Shown here: one piece after another, positions 50,098 to 62,900 of the stretch
Layout of the letters: the number at the start of each line of letters is the position of its first letter
Numbering within the stretch: the stretch's first letter is position 1
Assembly: GCA_001244265.2 (NCBI GenBank)
Contig: CDLV01000019.1
Span: forward strand, 434,001 to 498,000
Source of the DNA: Microbotryum violaceum
Lineage: Eukaryota
Length of the DNA stretch: 64,000 bases
Reading direction: 5' to 3'
The notes under the pieces: model-generated
What the model was told of the DNA's origin: nothing
Databases searched by the model: none
Seen by the model: the letters and a program-made list of their open reading frames with translations, nothing else
Translations under genes and position numbers: made by a program

Positions 50098-50950
50098 GGG
50101 GCTCAGCCGGATCGTCGGCGTTCACCGCGGCGCTTTCCGGATTCTCCCCGACTTCCTTTCCGACGACGAGGTGTTCGAAGGCATCGAACCCCGTGCACTT
50201 GAAGTCGTCTTCTCCGAAGAGTGTTACACCACACTAGACTCGGTCCAGGATACCGAAGCCATGGCTCGCGTCGTGTTGGGCGTCATTCACGGGGAGCATC
50301 CCACGACGAGTGCGGCTCTTGGGGGTTGTCCCTGATCGAACCCCGCTCATGATAAGGTCACTGGAGCCTACACCGACTCGGCTTTCTCCACCGTGACGTC
50401 TCGACCAACAACGTCATGGTCGATCGCCCCGGGCACGGGGTGCTGATCGACTATCATTTGGCGGTGGCGTAAGATCGACCTGTCCATGACCTCATTTTCA
50501 AGACACGCTCCATCGCTAGAGACGTATACCGGAGGGTTGGAGCGTGTCTTGAAGATAAGGTCATAATCTGGCAAATCGTGCGCCTCCGCCAGCTGAGTCG
50601 ATCAGCACCCGTACCGAGTGCGATCGACCATGACGTCGTTACGTCACGGTGGAGGAAGCCGAGTTGATGCAGGCTCCAGTAGCCCTGACATGAGCAAGGG
50701 ACACTCACTCCCCAAGGGCCGCAATCGTCGTCTTGGGATGCTTACCGTGAATGACGTCCAACACGATGCGAGCCATGGCTTCGGTATTTTGGACCGAGTC
50801 TAGTGTGGAGTAACACTGTTCGAAGAAGCCGACTTCTAGCGCACGGACTTCGATGCCGTCGAAGACATCGTCATGGGGAAGGAAATCGGGGAGGATCCGA
50901 ACAACGCCGCGGTGAACGCCGCGGCCGAGCCGACGATTCGGCAGAGCCCC
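50098..50950. repeat. Inverted duplication of a FunK1 kinase catalytic-core pseudogene (hairpin C): arms 50098-50512 and 50538-50950, 25-nt loop
   Basis: The plus arm encodes RALEVVFSEECYTTL...VIHG|HWSLHRLGFLHRDVSTNNVMVDRPGHGVLIDYHLAVA*. The minus arm encodes the homologous RALEVGFFEQCYSTL...YWSLHQLGFLHRDV. TTCAAGACACGCTCCA/TGGAGCGTGTCTTGAA closes the loop. Confidence 0.95.
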
Positions 50951-51045
50951 CCGGATCTGGGCGAGCACCACTGGAAACTGAGAGCGAGGATGGGGCGTGA
51001 GTCAACTGAATCGCTGGTTTCGACGCGTTCGATGTGTTGCAGAAA

Positions 51046-51298
51046 TGTTCTCAAGTGGAAACTGATGATGACCACGACTCAGTCCAATGAACAGGGACGA
51101 GAACAGAGTAAGGTAAGATTCCAAAGAGCTCACCTGATGATGACCACGACTCAGTCCAATGAACAGGGACGGGAACAGAGTGGCCAGAGACTAAGAGACA
51201 GACTCGCGGAAGGCTAGAAAGTGAAGCGTAAAGATAATAAGGAAAGAGATTAGAGACTAGTAAAGTAAGGAGATTGAGTGACTAAGGAGTGAATGACA
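51046..51298 (-). mobile_element. Probable solo or decayed LTR containing a 48-bp tandem duplication
   Basis: The minus strand starts TGTCATTCACTCC at 51298 and is pyrimidine-rich like the 40570 LTR; a possible ...GAACA end lies at 51046. CTGATGATGACCACGACTCAGTCCAATGAACAGGGACGRGAACAGAGT occurs at 51062 and 51134. Confidence 0.45.
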
Positions 51299-52565
51299 CG
51301 CCGCTAGGCTCAATGCCAAGTACCATAATAGGAACGATAACCAGATGAAGGACGGAACAACCCATATGACCATATACGAATGACACGATGGACACGGTAG
51401 GAGGGAGGCAGACGCGGTCGACAAGCTAGGAGTCAGGCATGGACGGCGGACAGAACTTCTACCTTGCGCATGGAGATTGGGGGAGCTTCAATCACGGTGG
51501 TTTTCTTGTCGGTGGGATCGACGATGAAGACGATTCGGGTAGACAGGATTTTGGAGGTGGGATTTGGGGGGGAGGAACACCCGGAAGGGCATGACAACGC
51601 CCAAGACGACTCATCGGAAATCTGGGTGGGGTCGGAAATCCGGGTGGGGTCGGAAATGGGGCGTTCAACCTCTTTCAAGCCAATTTAGACTGTGACATCA
51701 TCAAGGAGGACACGGACGATACGAGCGAGCCAAATTCTTTCCATCAGTCTGCTGCTGCGACTTCTCTCGTTCGGTTTGCGAAAACGATTTCTCGAGCTTC
51801 TGTACGGGTTTCAGGTATCGGAATTGTACGTTTATAGGAAGGGGGCACAGAAGGAGATCAGAGGGAAGGGGAAGAAGGGGGCGAAGGTCGAAGATTCTAG
51901 TGGGCCGGGGAAAAAAAATCCTTGTCGAGGGGGAGACAGGGATCAGGATCTCAGGAACCGGAGAAGCGGAAGAAACGGAGGACACGGAGAAGGCGGAGGG
52001 AGCGGAAGAACTGGCGGACGCAGTCACAACACACGAACCTGAAATGGCGACGGAAACAGACTCCTTAAACTTGAGGCATCGATCGGCTTCGGTTTGTAGT
52101 ACTTTAATTTGCCGGAGGCCTTCGACTCCAGGAAAAGTCAACACGGGCGCGCGTTTCTGGGAATTGCTGCGGGGTGCTCAAGCGGCAAAAGATGAGCAGT
52201 CAGATGAGTCGGAGCGGTCGGTCTTCAAGGTGTCCTGGACGGCCATGACGGTGGGAAGGAGAAAAACGAGGATTGGGAGCTCGAGGTCGAGAAAGGAGAG
52301 GAAATGATGACAATGACTGCGTACAAGGAGGTTGGGGTCAGGTTGACCGACGAGAACATGGCGGTGATTGATTACGGCGGGGAGCGAGTGCTGATGTAAG
52401 GTATACGCCTCTGATGTGCATAAAACACAATTTGTCGTTCTTGACCGCTACGCTAAAAGCAAGTCGTAACTAGAACTCGATAGTTCTAGCTACTCTACTT
52501 ATGGGGCTGTTCCTCTAAGGCATCCCCTTACACGGGGTGGGCCTCCTGTCGTTAGTACCTTATCT

Positions 52566-52568
<3 letters not shown>

Positions 52569-52598
<30 letters not shown>
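52569..52598. repeat. (TC)15 microsatellite
   Basis: Perfect dinucleotide run. Confidence 0.9.
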
Positions 52599-52602
<4 letters not shown>

Positions 52603-53494
52603 ACATTAGTCTCCTCGGGGGGAGCAACCGCTTGGCTGGGGCACTTGACTCCCGTTATTGGATTGGTGGACACTGGTTCGTTTCTCGCACTTTGGCGGGC
52701 GGTTTGTGTTATCATCGTCGACTTCCTTCTGGTCTTTCCATAGGCCAATGAGGGGGAACAGGAATTGGGGGCAATATAATGAGCAGTTTCTACAAGAAGA
52801 AAAAAACCCTTGCATAAAGGGCTTCCGGAACGGTGAGGAGCTCATGGTCGAGCATTTCGTGTGCGTGCGCGATCGTCATGGTTGGTGAGAGATGGAAAGG
52901 TGAGGGAGTGAGAGGGTAGTACCCGAGGTGCGTCAGACGTGAACAAGTTGCGCGTGACGGGGACCGGCGCGCTCCTGGCTCACCAGCTCGATCTGACCCC
53001 TCGGAATCACTCCGAACCATGGAGGGGCAAGACAAGTAATGAATCCTTCGGACTTAGAGTAGTACGAGCAGATGCGTTAAGATACAAGTGTCATTTACAA
53101 CCATCAAGAACACTGCTTTTTTCATTGTTGCTGCTACATATCAGGTCGACTGGGTGACTGAGGGTGACTGAGGGGTCTCCTTTCGGAAGACCGCAGCGCC
53201 GAGGGAGCTGCGATACCGAGCGGCGGCGGCGCGGGCTCGCGTCATTGGCACGGATGAAGCAAGCTCGTAGAGGTGGCGACTCGCTGTACTATGTGCTTTT
53301 CTCATTAATTTTTTTTCTCACTTGCACGTATCAGGCCGCGTTGCACAGCGACTCCGTCTGGTGTCCTATTCTCTGTTTTCTCATTGTTTAGGTAGAACAG
53401 AGTCTGAGGATTAACCGTAATGGAATGCGATGATCCAAAGCCTCTTATGCACAAAAATGATCCTATTCCAAAGGTCCGGTCCGGTCCGCCTCCT

Positions 53495-56045
53495 TTATTC
53501 CAGCTCATCCGCACGCATCAATTCCTCGTCCTCCCTCTTGCTGTCTCCGAAAACCTCCTCCTCATGCACCGGCACCAACTCCACCGACTTCTTACCCCCT
53601 TCTTCCTTGAGCCTAAATCTCGCCGTGTCCCCATCCCTAATGGTCCCTTTCAAAATTCCCGACGCCAACTGCTGTCTCACCACTTTATTCAACAACCGAT
53701 TCACCTCCCTGGCTCCCCAACGAGGTTGATACGCTTCTTTCGCCAACCAGTCCCTCGCCTCTGGGTCAATAGATAAGTGGATCTTGCGTTCGCTGGTATT
53801 GAGCATCTGTTGAATTTCGGAAAGGCGCATGTCGATGATGGATGCGACATGAGTGGGCGAGAGGGAATTGAAAACGATTTGTTCGTCGAGTCGATTGAGG
53901 AGTTCAGGTGGGTAGAGCGAACGAACGCGTTCGAGAACGAGGTCCCGAGCTACAGGGGTCACTTCACCATTGGGTGAAATGGATTCGGGTCGCATGAGGA
54001 TATCGGAGCCAATGTTGGAGGTGAGGATAATGGTCGTGTTCTTAAAGTCGAGTTTACGACCATGAGAGTCCGTCAGAGCGCCTTCGTCGAGGATTTGAAG
54101 GAGTATGTTGGCGACGGAGGGATGCGCCTTTTCGAATTCGTCGAAGAGGATCACCGAGTGGGGATGACGACGAACGACCGACAATTCGCCTCCGTCTTCG
54201 TAACCTACGAAACCGGGGGGTGCACCGATCAGTCTTGCGGCGGTATGTTTGTCGTGATATTCGGACATGTTGAGGGTGACTAGTCGATCGGTGCCCGTCA
54301 ATTCGGCGGCAAGCGCTTTCGAAAGCTCCGTCTTGCCTACGCCCGTGGGACCGAGGAAGAGGAAAGAAGCGACGGGCCGATTGGGGTTGTGTAGACCGGC
54401 ACGGGAGAGTCGAACGGCTTCGGCGACGGCGTGGAGAGCGGGCTCTTGGCCCACGACACGTTGGCGAAGGATCGACTCGAGGTCGACCAATCGAGCACGG
54501 TCACCACGCATCAAGGCCGAGACGGGGACGCCCGTTGCTTTGGCAACGACGCGAGCAACGTCCGAAGCAGTGACCCGCGCTTGACCCGCTTGAGCGGCTT
54601 CTTGACCATCCTTGGGGACCTGTGCTTCGAGCTTGGGGATTGTCGAATACCTCAACTCGGACGCCTTGTCGAATTGCCCGGTCCGAACGGCTTCCTCCAA
54701 TTCGAAGCGTTTCCTCTCCAATTCTTCTTTGGCCTGTCGGATCTTCTCTCCTCGCTCCCTCTCGTCCCTCCACTCCTTCTCCATCTTGGACGCCTTGTTC
54801 TTGAGCCGGGCGATCTCGTCGACCAAGACCTCACGACGTGATCGACTGGCCTCGTCTTGGTCCTTGCCCAAGCTCGACAACTCGATCTGCAACGTCGTCA
54901 AGTGTTGTTCGAGCGCCTCGAGTTGCTCCGGCTTGGATTCCCTCGCGAGGCGCAACGCCGCCGCCGCTTCGTCGATCAGATCAATGGCCTTGTCCGGTAA
55001 TTGTCGATCGGTGATGTAGCGTTGCGAGTAGGTGACGGCGGCGATTATAGCGGCATCAGAAACGATCACGCCATGATGAACTTCCATGCGCGACTTGCCA
55101 CCTCGCAACATGGTGATGGCTTGTTCGGCCGAAGGTTCTTCGATCGTCACTTTTTGGAAGCGGCGCAGCAAAGCGGCATCCTTTTCGAGTTCGCGAAATT
55201 CGTTCCAGGTCGTTGCACCGGCGAGTTGAAGACCCCTTGCGAGAGCGGGCTTGAGCATGTTACTTCCCGTGAGACTGCCTTCGGCTTTTCCGAGTCCGAG
55301 TAGTTGGTGAATCTCGTCTGTGGGGCATGAGGTAGTTAGCGTCGGGCTCATGGAAGAAAAAGTTGAGCGTGTTCCACTCACCGATGAAGACGATGATCTG
55401 CCCCTTGGCATCCTCGATATCGGCAATAAGATCCTTGAGCTTGCCTTCGAACGATCCCCTGACGGCGGTACCACTCATGATGGACGCCAAGTCGATCGAG
55501 ATCAATTTCTTCCCCTTGAGTGACTCGGGCACCTCGCCCGCGACCAATCGTTGCGCAAGAGATTCAATGATGGCCGTCTTGCCTACACCCGCTGCACCAA
55601 CCAGGACAGGGTTGTTTTTGGTGCGCCGGGAAAGGATCTGTATCGTGCGTCGCACTTCGTCGTCTCTTGCAATGACGGGGTCAAGTTTCCCCTGGCGCGC
55701 GAGCTCGGTCAAATCAACGCCGTGTTCTTTCAGAGCGGCACCCGGTTCGCGCTTGGGTTGACTGTTGAAGATGTTGCCGATTGGGAAACCACCACCGCCG
55801 CCGCCCGCGTTGTTGTGGTTGTTGTTATTACCGCCGGGTGGCGGTGGGTGTTGGGCTGGGGCTCGAGGAGGGGACGAATGTGAGAAGGAGCGAGCTTGAA
55901 GTGAGGACCTCCTCAGCGTCGGCTGGGTGGTGGTGACTTGGATCGTCGGTCGCCACAGCAGCTGGCCATGACGGTGTGCAGGACGGAGTAAACGAGGAGC
56001 AGTAGATGCAGAGGTGAGCGAGCGCAAAGAGCTTCTCTGGAGCAT
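53495..56045 (-). CDS. HSP78: Mitochondrial ClpB-family disaggregase Hsp78
   Basis: R/S-rich presequence MLQRSSLRSL and no Clp N-domain; GKLDPVI, KNNPVLVGAAGVGKT, FI|DEIH (one intron ~55318-55381), LPDKAIDL, GPTGVGKT and GAPPGFVGY. Confidence 0.95.
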
Positions 56046-56370
56046 AAAGATACCAAGTATGGGCTGTGTAGAGTGCGTTCGAGTGTGAGTATGTGCGTGG
56101 TGTGTATGGGAGAAGGGCAAGGAACTGATCGAGCTGGGATGTGGGGGTGGACCCGGTGACTCGCGCGCGGGAAATTGAAAATGCTTCGATTGGATTCTGG
56201 TAAATTCCATTAGCTTCCGGGCCGTTCCTGGCCCAGTCCGACCTCGCCGCACGGGGGCACGTGATCTGCTCCACCGTCCCTGCTCCGTCATCATCGATCA
56301 GAATCCGCCCTCGCCCATCGCCATACGGCGTTGAACGACCCCCGTCCGGTTGGGTTGCACTACAGTCGGA

Positions 56371-59300
56371 ATGGCCGTAGCATCAACATCGACCCTTCGA
56401 CCATTGGACGGCCAAGACGATGCGACTTCTTCCGCCGAATCATCACTGCTCGTCCTGCCGAGTTTGCCCACGCTCGTCGTCCAGGCCTTGCCATGGCTCC
56501 ACACGCAGTGGATCAAGCTGGATCAAGCTCAGTTACAAGGCTATCAGGTGTGGGCTGTTGAGCAGAGGTAGGTGTCCTACCTCGGCTGGGGTCTTGGGAT
56601 TGGGGCAGGGAGTGTCCGCTGACGACGACTCGCACTCGAGTGCTGCATTGAATGAAATGAATAGGGTCACCGATCGAACGGCCCTGTTACCCGTCATCAC
56701 CGTCGCAACAGGGATAGACGAACATGTGGTATGAAGTCTCACCTCTACTCTGGAATCCCGAATTCCACCTTACTAATCACCTATTACCTCACAACAGATT
56801 ACCGTCGACCGCTACCAATTGAACTCGGCCCTCCACCTCACTCCGGACCAACACCGCCAAGCATGGAACAAGGCTAAATCTCTGCTCAAAGCTTCCAATG
56901 CGAGGCTAGCCACCGTATGCGCACCACTCACTTTCTGATTTCTCTGTGGTTCGGAGCTGACGCGTATTCGACGCCACACCCAGACCCACCTTGGCTCGGT
57001 CCCCGTCACAGCGTTACCTTCCCTCAAGGCGATGAACCTCTCTTTGGTCCAACTACCCGATGCGGTAGATTACGCCAGCGTCATGGATGTGCTCTATCAG
57101 AACATCAACTTGAGGAGGTCGGTGCTATGTTCGCACCCAGTCGGAGCAAACAACGTTCGCTCACAGTTTTCGCACTTCTTGCTTTTGCCCACAGACTCGG
57201 TATGGGAGCGAGAAGTAGTCTCGGTTTCGCACCGGCAACGCAAGTCTTGCTTAATTCCATCATCACTGATTCTCGTCAAACTAATGCCCCCGTCCCTTAA
57301 CCCACCCCAATAGATATCCTCAGCTCCTCCACTTCCGGCAAACTTTCCCCCTCCCCCCCCCCACGCCCCGTTCCCACTCCCACCCCTCCACTCCCACGCC
57401 CCGTTCCCACTCCCACCCCTCCACAATCACATCGAACTCAACCCTCTCTCAACCCTCCTCGAACCACATCATCATCGACCTCCTCAAACTGGTGCAACAC
57501 GCCCTCTCTCTCTTCAACCTAGGTCCGGTGTATACACCTTCACCCCGAGGCACGTTGACGACGACGACAGACGATCCTGAACGACCATTGAGGAATCGAG
57601 AAGGGGATGGGTTATTGTGCGATACGACCCTTTCTGCGCTCGTCAAATTTCAAAAAGAATTTGCTTACCCATTCGTAGGAATGGAGTTGAAAACCTCGGG
57701 ATCGACTTGGTCGTTGGGGAACGAAAGGGGAGGTGAAAGCATTCTTACTTCTACACTTTTGGCTGCCCTTTTATCCCTAAGTTTGGCGACTCGTACACGT
57801 ATGGTCCTTCAAGGCGCTCAGAACGTACCCAAGGATCCTTTTGAAAGAAGAAGGAAATTCGTTCGTTCTGTAGCGGCGTTCAAGCAGGAGCATAGGATCG
57901 AAGAAGAGCCGGAAGGGAATGGGTGGATCACGACGTCTTTTTTGGAACGGTTGAGAAGGGAGGGGAGGAAGGGGAGGGGTAAAGAAGGGGAGACGGCTGG
58001 GAGGAGGAAAGTCGTAGGAAAGGTTTTGAGTGTCGTTCCTGGAGTCGGTGCAGGGAAAGGGGGGGACATGCATGACGATGGTCAGGAGCGAGGGTCGATC
58101 AAGGACGATTCGCATAGAGATCATCGCGTGTTGACGAGACGACTACACAAACCACGCATAGGCGATCTCGAAACGACTGAATTGGAGGCGTTGGTCGAAC
58201 ACATGAAGAAAGGCAGGGTTGGGGGTGTATTGACGGCGCACCTTTGGGATTTGTCGAGAACTCGGAAGGAGAGGAGGGAGGAAGAGAGGGAACGGAAGAG
58301 GGAGGAAGTGGAAGAGGGGAGCGCGACGGATGGAATCAGTGGAACCGGGGGAGGTGCGGGTGGGGGTACTACGAGCGGTGAGGGAGAGGCATTTGGGTTT
58401 GGGAGAGGGGTCCTCAAAGGAGTTAGGCAGCGGGCGGGGAGAGCGGTGGGCAAGATTGGGGATGGGTTGGGCTTCAATGATGCGAGTTCGGCAGCGGCGG
58501 GTAGTCATGGAAGGGAGACGCCGAGTGTCGTCATTTCTGCGTGAGTCAGATTGGGTCTCAGAGGTCCGTTGGAGGACTAAGCGCTGATCTGATGCCCCAT
58601 GTATGATCTCAGACCCACGGGTTATGACCTCCGTCATTCCTCAACCGGCGATTCGACATCTCTCAATTCTCAATCCCTCGCCTCGCGTATCGCCTCAGCC
58701 CTCACAACCGAACACAGCATGAACCCTCTCCCTTCCGTCGTCCGTAATCGATTCACCAACAGTCAATCACCTCCTACTGTCTCTCGATCAAGTAACTCTA
58801 TAGCGACGCCAGGGAATGGGTCTATCAAGAGTCGTGATAGGGAGGATGGTGGGGTAATGTTGCCGAGTTCGTTGAGGTCCGAGACTTCTTCGGTGGTGCA
58901 TTTGGGGGTGGGGGCGTTGGATTTGAAGTTGCCGAGGAGGACGGTTAGTGCTTCGAACATGGGGCATGGGGGCAATTCGCCGTCGTCTTCTTTGGGAATG
59001 GGAGGGTTGCATGGGATGACCGACGACGATGAGGAAGAGGAAGCGATCAAACGTGACGAACAAGGTTTAAGGCGTCGTCACTCGTTCCATACCCTCTTCA
59101 CCCTCGAAGAACCTTTTCAACACCTATCCCGACGTCGTCTCGAACTTGACGTCAAATTACGCTACGCCGCATGGTCCCTCAAAAGGAAGGAGAAGAACCT
59201 CCTCAAGATGAAAATTGCTCTAAGGAACGTATTGCAAGCGTATGGGAAGGCGATTGAGCAGTTTGAGAAAGGGGATCAGGTGGAGGTGGCTGATGAGTTG

Positions 59301-59759
59301 GTGGAGAAGTGTGAAGCGCTTTTGGATCGGTTCGATTGGTTCACGAGATCGAAATCGTCGACGCTGGGGGAATTGGTCGACTCGACGAAAGAAGCGTTAT
59401 ATGGTGCCGATCGATTGAGGAAACGCGTTGACGAGATTGAGAGTATGGAAGTTTCTCTTGCGGATTCGTTGGGGAAGAAGAAGGTGGGTGTAGGGATGAG
59501 GACAGGGAGAAGTGGACTAGAGGATTTGGTGGAGAAGGCTCGAGGGCAAACGGGCGGGTTGATGAGGAAAGTTGTGCAAGGGTTGGAGAAATGGGGGGTG
59601 GACGGATGGTTGGAGTGGTTTAGGGATGAGTTGGACGTGCCTGCTTGGATTGGGGAGGACGCCATGGGTTTCGAGCACGACGAGGCGGGGTCACAGGTAG
59701 AGGACGAGAAATTGAAGGGGGAGATGGTAAGGGTGCTGAATGGGGGGGGGACAAACTGA
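56371..59759 (+). CDS. STB6 (Sin3-binding protein)-like
   Basis: GYQVWAVEQ, VITVATG, NINLRR, LLKLVQHALSLF, DGLLCDTT, LLAALL and VPKDPF fit the STB6 N-terminal pattern. Multi-exon with a coiled-coil C-terminus. Confidence 0.6.
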
Positions 59760-59980
59760 CGAAGAATTTGAGGATCCGGAGTAGGCCAAGGCTTTGGAGT
59801 GGGAGGCGGAGAGGGCGAATGAAGGGGAAGCAAGAAGAGAGGTGGAGCAACGGGAAAGGCGTCGACTGTGCAATCAGTACGATGATGATTTCGAGTAGGG
59901 CTGAGACATCTTCGTGTCATAGCGTACATTCATTGAACACTTGTAACATTAACAACTTCGAATGTCATCAATCGCTCACT

Positions 59981-62900
59981 CTAGAAGCAATCCCTACTCT
60001 CTACTCCGTAAACGGTGCCATCCAAGCCCCTGCAAACCAACGCGAACTCATTGACCGCTGTTCTAACCTGTTTGCCCGTCCTCGCTGTCTTGGAGGCCTT
60101 CTCAAACTTCTCCTTCACACTGTCCTTCGCCCTTGGAGACGGCCAATTCGAATCTTGGGTAAAGAGCTCGCGCAGAATCGTCTGAGTTTGAACTCCATAG
60201 CGTAGAAGAAGGGCATGGTAGACCTCCGAAAGGGAAGCGAGATGCGAACGCGGTACTTTACCCGCAATAGACTCGATCAAACCCTTGATCAAATCCCTCA
60301 AGTGGCCTTGCAAAATTTGAGCGAACAAGTTCGACGAAGTTGAAGCCATTCGAGTTTGTTGCACGATCGAAATGAGCACCTCGAGAGTCGCTTTGAGGGA
60401 AAAGCGTTCTTGGAGGGACAAGCCTTGGATGGAGAACTGGAGCAGGGTGGAGAGGTGCTGTGGGAGGAGGAGAAAGATGCGGGGAAAGTGCCGGATTAGG
60501 GATGCGTTGAAGGAGAGAAAGGCGGAGACGAGGTCCGGGTTCTCGCTCATTGCGCTTGGGGTGGATAAGTGGGTCAGGGTTGTTGTGAGGGAGGTTTCGA
60601 TCGGCTTGGAGAGGTTGACGAGATCCTCATCCGTAAGTTGTGCATCCGATTTGGTTCGTGCCAATCGAGCTAGGAGACTCGTCTGGACCGAGACCCAGAC
60701 GCTCGAGATGGAAGTTGACAAAGCCCTCGAAGCTAACCTGAGCAGATTGAACGGATCCAATGTCAATGGACCGACGATCGAGTCAGTTGTTGTCGCTCGG
60801 ATATAGTCGGATAATGCTTGTACGACTTCGGCATCATGGGTCAGGAGGACGCAACTCGCTTCGATCGCCTGAGAAAGTTCTTGCCGCATCGCTGCAATGC
60901 GAGGGTCGTACAGGAGTCGCGAGGAGGCGTCTCTATGGCGTTGTTGGTTATCATCAAAGGACGAATCGAGTTCGAGAAGATCGTCTTCGGGATCCGAGAG
61001 CCCTTTGGCGCATGAAGTGAGGTAGTTAAATTGTTGAACGGTCACTTCACGAGAATCCGCAGTCGGAGTAGCACCGGACAGAGATTCCCGGAGTTTGCGA
61101 ATTATGGGTGTCGCAAGGCCCTGTGGGTTCAAGAGCTCACAATCAGCTCTGGTAATGTATAAGGTATCTGATTGATTTTTGGGGTGAGCCAGACGCACCA
61201 ACAGAGGCTCCACGATTTGTTCCTCCGGTAGGGCCTGTATCACACTCGCGACGCTTTCCAACACTTTGCTCAACTCGACATCCTGTGCAAGCCAAACCCT
61301 TTCGATCAATTCCACTCTCAAGCTTGATCTTCATCAACAGGCAAAAGCTTACCTCAATCTTCCCCTCCAACCCTCCCAAAACCGCCACGAAACTTGCGAC
61401 ATGGTCCCTAAATTCATGACGGTTCTGATCGCACAACAACCTCAAACTCCTTGCTGCCCAACTCGTCACACCTCGTTGGGGTTCCTGCAAACAGCTTACG
61501 ATGAAGCTAACTGCTGCCAAGAGGGCTGGCTTTCGATCACTCGAGTCGGAGTCGGTGGAAGGGGAGGTGGAGAACCATGAAGCGTACGCCCCGATGAGAC
61601 GCAAAGCCGTCGTTTGAAGGGTCGGATGATTCGTCGTTGGCAGTGCGGCGATGAAGCCAGGTTCGAATAGCTTGCTCAACGCAAGGGAGGAAGTCTCGAT
61701 CGAGACATCCTCCTGTATAGTATAAAGAAGGAACAAGCTCGCTTCGAGGTCCTCGAACCCGTCTGCTGAGGTCGGCGCCAGTGTGATTTGTGATCTTGAC
61801 AATTCGACGAGTTGGTCCAACATCCCTTCCCGAAGTGTGTAGTAGGTGTATCGTGCGACTTCACTAAGGTTCGTCGAGCGGTAGGTCCTAAAGTCTTCCT
61901 TGGCATCTGAAGATTTTTATACCACCCTAGACTTAATTTAGCGCCGATTACGATCATCGGTTCGGGGCAGAAATAAGAGACCGACCTTTAGCCCAGCCTT
62001 GATAAAGCTCCTGGTCGTCCCTCCTGGCCCTTCCTCTCAAGCCGTCCAAGAGCGCTCTAAATACCCCACTGACGACTTCCCAATCCGCCTCCCTCCCTCT
62101 TCTCCCTTCCCTCCCTTCTCCCTCTCCAAATACCAACCCTACATCGCTGGCTTCCTCTTGTAATGCCATCCAACACCCTTCGGTCAATTCGTTGATCTTG
62201 TGCACCTCCATCGAATGACCGGGGTATAAAGTGATGGTAATGAGAAGATGGAAGAACGTCTGAACTTCGGGCGATTGTAGCGTCAAAGCGGGTATGTTGG
62301 ATGCTGGAGGAAGTGGGGAGAAGAGGAAGCCGATGAAGTGTTCTCCCAAAGTAGAGAGTAGTCGAAGGATGGAGAAAAAGTCATCTTCTTCCGCATAGGC
62401 TAGGGCGGTATCTTGGTCGACTAACGCTTGTTGAATCGTGTTGATTACGCTGGTTGAACATGCCCATTCGGTCAAGAGGTGTTGGGTCTTGATGCGGGAC
62501 ATGTACCGACTGATGCCGACGGAGGACGAGGTGCCCGAGGAGCGATCGATCAATTCTTCGACTTGGGTGATGGCGTTGTTTCGGGTCGATGGGTGATGGA
62601 GATGAGGGAGGATGAGAGGGTATAGTACGTCGAGGTCGGTGTGAGTGAATTGCGAGGCGAGGAGGAAGGAATGGAAGCATTGGAGCGCCGAGTTGAGTTC
62701 GGAGAAAGTGGTGGGTGAGGGCGGGAGGGACAACGAACTGGACAGTGTGGAGACGATCATTGGAGTTGACGAGCTCAAGGAGCCGATATAACTGGATCTG
62801 TGCTCGACAATACCTGTTAGCTACATGTTGGCCGGCTGGCTGGCCTCTGCTAGGTACATGTCCCGGACACACTTTTTGGTCCCCGACAATTCTGCTCTGG

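Noticed and set aside
51330-53150. Broken ORFs, a CTAGAACT-CGAT-AGTTCTAG palindrome and an A-rich end, as a possible LINE or DIRS remnant
   Set aside because: No RT, endonuclease or recombinase motif is recognisable. Likely decayed repeat, but it cannot be classified.
57361-57424. 33-bp tandem duplication in the STB6-like gene
   Set aside because: In-frame low-complexity duplication with only two copies and no spacers; not CRISPR-like.
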